Source of the DNA: Chlamydiae bacterium CG10_big_fil_rev_8_21_14_0_10_42_34
GTDB taxonomy: Bacteria; Chlamydiota; Chlamydiia; Chlamydiales; SM23-39
Length of the DNA stretch: 64,000 nt
NCBI GenBank assembly: GCA_002773795.1
Contig: PFAD01000018.1
Coordinates: 26,023 to 90,022 of the forward strand
Direction: 5' to 3'
This document shows, in pieces, positions 60,028 through 64,000 of this stretch. Position 1 is the stretch's first letter. Each line of letters begins with the position of its first letter. The notes beneath the pieces are model-generated. The model saw nothing but the letters and a program-made list of their open reading frames with translations. It was not told the DNA's origin and searched no databases. Both the position numbers and the translations under genes were made by a program.

Positions 60028-60491
60028 TAGAAAAAACACTTTGCGTCTCAGCGATCTGCCATGGGACGGTGATCGATCACATCAAAGCGGGCGAGGCTCT
60101 AAAAATCATCCGCGTTCTTCAGCTCAATGCAGATGGAAATACTGTGACTGTGGGATTGAATCTAAAGAGCCAATCTTTAGGGATCAAAGATCTCATCAAA
60201 GTGGAAAATGTCTTTTTATCCAAATCGCAAGCGGACCATATCGCCATATTTTCCCCCACCGCAACAATCAATGTAATTCAAAACTATAAGCTTACAAAGA
60301 AGTTTGGCGTAGAGATGCCCGAAATTGTCGATGGGATTCTCGCATGCCCAAATCCTAGATGCATCGCAAATTTAGAGCAGATCCCCACCTCTTTTTCAAT
60401 TGATGGCATTGATGAAGATCTCTATTTATGCTGTAAATACTGCGAAAAAATGTTTACGCGCGATCAAATCCACGAAAGGATCTATTTTTGA
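60024..60491 (+). CDS. pyrI: Aspartate carbamoyltransferase regulatory subunit
   Basis: GTVIDHI, KDLIKVE, CPNPRC...CKYCE. Confidence 0.95.
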   Translation: MIEKTLCVSAICHGTVIDHIKAGEALKIIRVLQLNADGNTVTVGLNLKSQSLGIKDLIKVENVFLSKSQADHIAIFSPTATINVIQNYKLTKKFGVEMPEIVDGILACPNPRCIANLEQIPTSFSIDGIDEDLYLCCKYCEKMFTRDQIHERIYF

Positions 60492-61702
60492 TCAAAATCA
60501 AAAATGTAACAACCCATTTGGGACAAAAAATTAACCATCAGATCGATGGGGAAGATCGGGTCATTGAAGCAGAAGGGCTTGTCATGCTCCCCGCTTTAAT
60601 CGATCCACACGTCCATTTCCGCGTGCCCGGTGCAGAATACAAAGAAGATTGGGAAAGTGGCGCACTTGCTGCCATTTGTGGGGGCGTGACAACAGTATTC
60701 GACATGCCCAACAATACACCGTCTTGCATTTCAAAAAAAAGGCTCGCTGAGAAAAAAGCAATTATTGAAAAGCAGCTAAAAATCCCTTTGCGCTATGGAC
60801 TTTATCTCGGAGCCGATCAAAATCATCTCGACGAAATTGCAAAGACAAAAGATCAAATTGTGGGTCTCAAAATCTATATGGGATCTTCTACGGGAGATCT
60901 TTTAATGAACGATCCTAAAGCGCTCGAAAAGGCTTTTCGACTAGCAGCTGAAAATAGTGTCTTAGTTGCCGTCCACGCAGAAGATGAAGATTTAATCAAA
61001 AAAAGATCAGCCGAATGTAAAGCAGCTTTACAAACAGATCCAAAGAGCCATTCGATGATCCGCAGCCCAGAAGTTGCGCAAAAAGCTCTAGCCGTTGCCC
61101 TTGAACTTGCTGAAAAATATAAAACACGTCTTTACGTTGCCCATGTAAGCACAAAAGAGGAGTTAGATCTCATTCGCAAAGCAAAAATGAAAGGGGTTCA
61201 AGTGTTTGCTGAAGCGACGCCTCATCACCTTTTTTTAACAACTGCCCTTTATGAAAAATTGGGGACAAGGGCGCTCGTAAATCCACCTTTGCGCGATCAT
61301 GTAGACGCTCTTTGGCAGGCCATCAAAGATCAAACAATCGATACAATCGGCACGGACCATGCACCGCACCTTCTCGAGGAAAAAATGCGCCCCATGGGCT
61401 CGGCCCCTTCTGGATTTGCCTCCATCGAGCTTTATTTAGCGCTCCTTTTAAACGCGCATCACGAGAAAAAAATTTCACTCGAGCAAATTGTATCTCTGAC
61501 CTCCACGCAGCCTCGTGAAATTTTTCACTGGCCAGTTAATAGCGATGTCGTACTCGTCGATCTAAATCACGAGCAGGTTGTCAAAGACTCTCACCTAAAA
61601 ACAAAAGCTAAATGGTCTCCCTATGCTGGGATGAAACTTAAAGGCTGGCCCCGCTACACGATCTTGAAAGGAAAGGTTTATGATACCCAAATGGTTCCCT
61701 AA
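60488..61702 (+). CDS. pyrC: Dihydroorotase
   Basis: IDPHVHFRVPG, DMPN, VNPPLR, GTDHAPH. Confidence 0.95.
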   Translation: MIKIKNVTTHLGQKINHQIDGEDRVIEAEGLVMLPALIDPHVHFRVPGAEYKEDWESGALAAICGGVTTVFDMPNNTPSCISKKRLAEKKAIIEKQLKIPLRYGLYLGADQNHLDEIAKTKDQIVGLKIYMGSSTGDLLMNDPKALEKAFRLAAENSVLVAVHAEDEDLIKKRSAECKAALQTDPKSHSMIRSPEVAQKALAVALELAEKYKTRLYVAHVSTKEELDLIRKAKMKGVQVFAEATPHHLFLTTALYEKLGTRALVNPPLRDHVDALWQAIKDQTIDTIGTDHAPHLLEEKMRPMGSAPSGFASIELYLALLLNAHHEKKISLEQIVSLTSTQPREIFHWPVNSDVVLVDLNHEQVVKDSHLKTKAKWSPYAGMKLKGWPRYTILKGKVYDTQMVP

Positions 61703-62720
61703 ACACCCTCCCCTTTACGATATCAGCAAAACATATGCAGAAAACTGCTCAAAGGGCCCCTTTTTTTCTGGAGAAATTCCCCAAAGAGACCCTCCCAAAA
61801 ACAGGGTCGATTTTTTAGGCCATGAAGTCTCTTCTCTCATCGGCGTGCCAGCGGGGCCTCTTTTAAACTCTAAATGGATCGAACTCGCTGGAAAATTAGG
61901 CTTTGATATCCCCGTTTATAAAACAATCCGCAGCGAAGCGCATCCAGGCCACAGACTTCCAAACGTTCAGTTCATCGATGCATTGGGCAATCAAATAACA
62001 AATCCTAAAACAATCGACCAATTAAGTATTACCAATTCATTTGGGATGCCCTCACAATCTCCCGATTTTTTACTTCAAGACATAGAAAGGGCAAACCGGT
62101 CTTTGTCAGAGGGGCAAGTGATGATCGTCTCCGTCGTCGGAACGCCGAATAGAGGATTGAGTTTTGTAAGTGACTTTGTCAAAACGGCAAAACTTGCCCT
62201 CGAGGGGGGAGCTAAGATTATTGAAGCCAATTTTTCTTGTCCAAATGTTGAAAAAGCAGATGGGATCTTATATCAAAATCCACAAACCGTTCACGAATAC
62301 ACCCAAATCATCGCAAAAGCGATCCACCCGATCCCACTCATCTTAAAAGTGGGAAGATTTGAGAGCGCTCACCAAATGAAAAGCGTGTTTCTCGCAGCTG
62401 CAAGAGGGGGAGCCAAAGCGATCTGCGGAATTAACTCGGTGAGCATGCAAATTCACCCGCCTTTGGACGAACAAAGAAAAACAAGTGGCGTGTGTGGTGC
62501 AGCCATCCGCTCCTTTGCCCTCGAATTTGTTCGCGAGGGAAAAAAAATCGTCCAGGAAAATAAACTCGATTTAATTTTAATAGGCTGTGGTGGGATTATA
62601 AAGCCTAATCACTTTAATGATTTTTTTGACGCAGGAGCAGATGTCTCAATGAGTGCCGCTGGCATGATGTGGGACCCTTATCTTGCAATGAGGTACCATG
62701 ATTCGATCTCTCATCCATAA
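61680..62720 (+). CDS. pyrD: Class 1-type dihydroorotate dehydrogenase
   Basis: IGVPAGPL, YKTIR, NSFGMP, NFSCPN, GCGGI; operon position. Confidence 0.8.
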   Translation: MIPKWFPKHPPLYDISKTYAENCSKGPFFSGEIPQRDPPKNRVDFLGHEVSSLIGVPAGPLLNSKWIELAGKLGFDIPVYKTIRSEAHPGHRLPNVQFIDALGNQITNPKTIDQLSITNSFGMPSQSPDFLLQDIERANRSLSEGQVMIVSVVGTPNRGLSFVSDFVKTAKLALEGGAKIIEANFSCPNVEKADGILYQNPQTVHEYTQIIAKAIHPIPLILKVGRFESAHQMKSVFLAAARGGAKAICGINSVSMQIHPPLDEQRKTSGVCGAAIRSFALEFVREGKKIVQENKLDLILIGCGGIIKPNHFNDFFDAGADVSMSAAGMMWDPYLAMRYHDSISHP

Positions 62721-63294
62721 GCTGTTTGAAATTGGCGCTGTTAAATTTGGCGAATTCAAACTCAAAAGCGGGATCACTTCCCCTATTTATATCGATTTAC
62801 GCCTCACGATTTCAAATCCAAAGCTCATTGTAACAATCAGCGAGTTGATGCACGAAGCGATTCGGGGATGCAAAATGGACCTGATCTGTGGAGTTCCCTA
62901 CACAGCGCTCCCGTTTGCAACGGCCATTTCGATCCAACACACCATCCCTATGGTTTTGCGTCGCAAAGAGAAAAAAGAGTATGGCACTGGCAAACTCATT
63001 GAAGGGATCTATCAACCAGGTCAGCAATGTGTCATTATCGAAGATGTGATCACATCCGGACAAAGCATTTTTGAAACGATTGTCCCCCTCTCTAAAGAAG
63101 GGCTTGTCGTCGAAGATATTGTCGTTTTGGTCGATAGAGAGCAAGGGGGGAGAAAATATATCGAAAGCAAAGGATTTAAGGTCCATCCCATTTGCACCAT
63201 CACCATGATTGTCGATGAACTTTTAAAAGAAAAAAAGATCAATGAAGAGACTGCCCATTCGGTCCAAGATTTTATTAGGAAAAACCAAGTATGA
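62698..63294 (+). CDS. pyrE: Orotate phosphoribosyltransferase
   Basis: KFGEFKLKSGITSPIYIDLR, RRKEKKEYG, IIEDVITSG. Confidence 0.95.
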   Translation: MIRSLIHKLFEIGAVKFGEFKLKSGITSPIYIDLRLTISNPKLIVTISELMHEAIRGCKMDLICGVPYTALPFATAISIQHTIPMVLRRKEKKEYGTGKLIEGIYQPGQQCVIIEDVITSGQSIFETIVPLSKEGLVVEDIVVLVDREQGGRKYIESKGFKVHPICTITMIVDELLKEKKINEETAHSVQDFIRKNQV

Positions 63295-64000
63295 AACTCT
63301 CTTTTTTAAAAAGATCCTCTTTAACTTTGCATCCAACCGCCCAAAAGCTATTCAAGCTAATGTCGGAGAAAAAAACCAATCTCTGCATTGCCCTTGACGT
63401 TACAGAGCAAAATCAACTCCTAGAAATGGCAGACGAGCTGGGCCCAGAACTGTGCGTCTTAAAAACACACGTCGACATCCTAAAAGACTTCACTCCCGAC
63501 TTTGGAGATAAACTTAAACAAATTGCCAAAAAGCACCGTTTTTTTATTTTTGAAGATAGAAAATTTGCAGATATTGGACAAACCGTCTCGTTGCAATATC
63601 ACAAGGGCATTTACCAAATTGCCAAATGGGCAGACATTGTTAACGCGCACATTGTTCCAGGGCCAGGAATTATTGAAGGGCTAAAAGATGCATCTTTGCT
63701 CCTTCTTGCAGAAATGAGCTCAGCAGGAACCGTTGCAAAAGGGACCTACACCCGAAAAGCGGTCCTTCTGGCAGAAAAAAATCCAAAGACCGTGATGGGC
63801 TTTATCTGTTTAAAAAAAATCAGCCAAAAACCAGGCTTTATCCACTTTACTCCTGGCGTAAAATTAAAGCGGGGGAAAGATTCTTTAGGACAAAGATACC
63901 GCACAGTAGAAGAAGTCTTGATCAAAAATCAAAGCGACATCATCATAGTCGGCAGAGATATTACAACTGCGCAAAAACCATTAAAACAAGCGGCCCTTTA
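63291..64000 (+). CDS. pyrF: Orotidine-5'-phosphate decarboxylase (runs off window end)
   Basis: Manual translation: MKLSF...HPTAQKLFKLMSEKKTNLCIALDV...LKTHVD...FEDRKFADIG...LLAEMSS...TPGV. Confidence 0.95.
   Translation, partial: MKLSFLKRSSLTLHPTAQKLFKLMSEKKTNLCIALDVTEQNQLLEMADELGPELCVLKTHVDILKDFTPDFGDKLKQIAKKHRFFIFEDRKFADIGQTVSLQYHKGIYQIAKWADIVNAHIVPGPGIIEGLKDASLLLLAEMSSAGTVAKGTYTRKAVLLAEKNPKTVMGFICLKKISQKPGFIHFTPGVKLKRGKDSLGQRYRTVEEVLIKNQSDIIIVGRDITTAQKPLKQAAL

Overview
A 64-kb chromosomal segment of an environmental chlamydia (phylum Chlamydiota). The assignment rests on typical chlamydial gene pairs: CT398/cdsZ-like next to rnpB, xerC with an ABC-F, tsp then rpsL-rpsG-fusA-rpsJ without tufA, rodA-birA, nifU-nifS-gpmA-rluB, DUF47-pit and fliY-hemH, plus MOMP-like porins. 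Housekeeping blocks alternate with accessory DNA. Main points: (1) a plasticity zone at about 9.9-18.7 kb next to tRNA-Phe holds two intact eukaryote-type Pho80/PCL-like cyclin genes and an unannotated remnant of a third, all ending in CaaX prenylation motifs (CPIV, CILL, CTLL), suggesting a family of host-prenylated cyclin-mimic effectors; (2) two unannotated paralogous ~85-nt structured RNAs lie in tandem between tsp and rpsL, each with its own TTGACA/TATATT promoter, a covarying terminal stem with a bulged pyrimidine and a U7 tail; (3) a complete de novo pyrimidine pathway has CAD-like carAB and URA3/UMPS-like pyrE/pyrF. Also seen: an A9-frameshifted GT2, an apparently catalytically dead NifS, an RNase P RNA with almost no P12, an FHA/TpsA gene coupled to a repeat autotransporter, and a 152-bp palindrome before pyrB. 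All calls come from reading the sequence and recognising motifs; no database searches were run.
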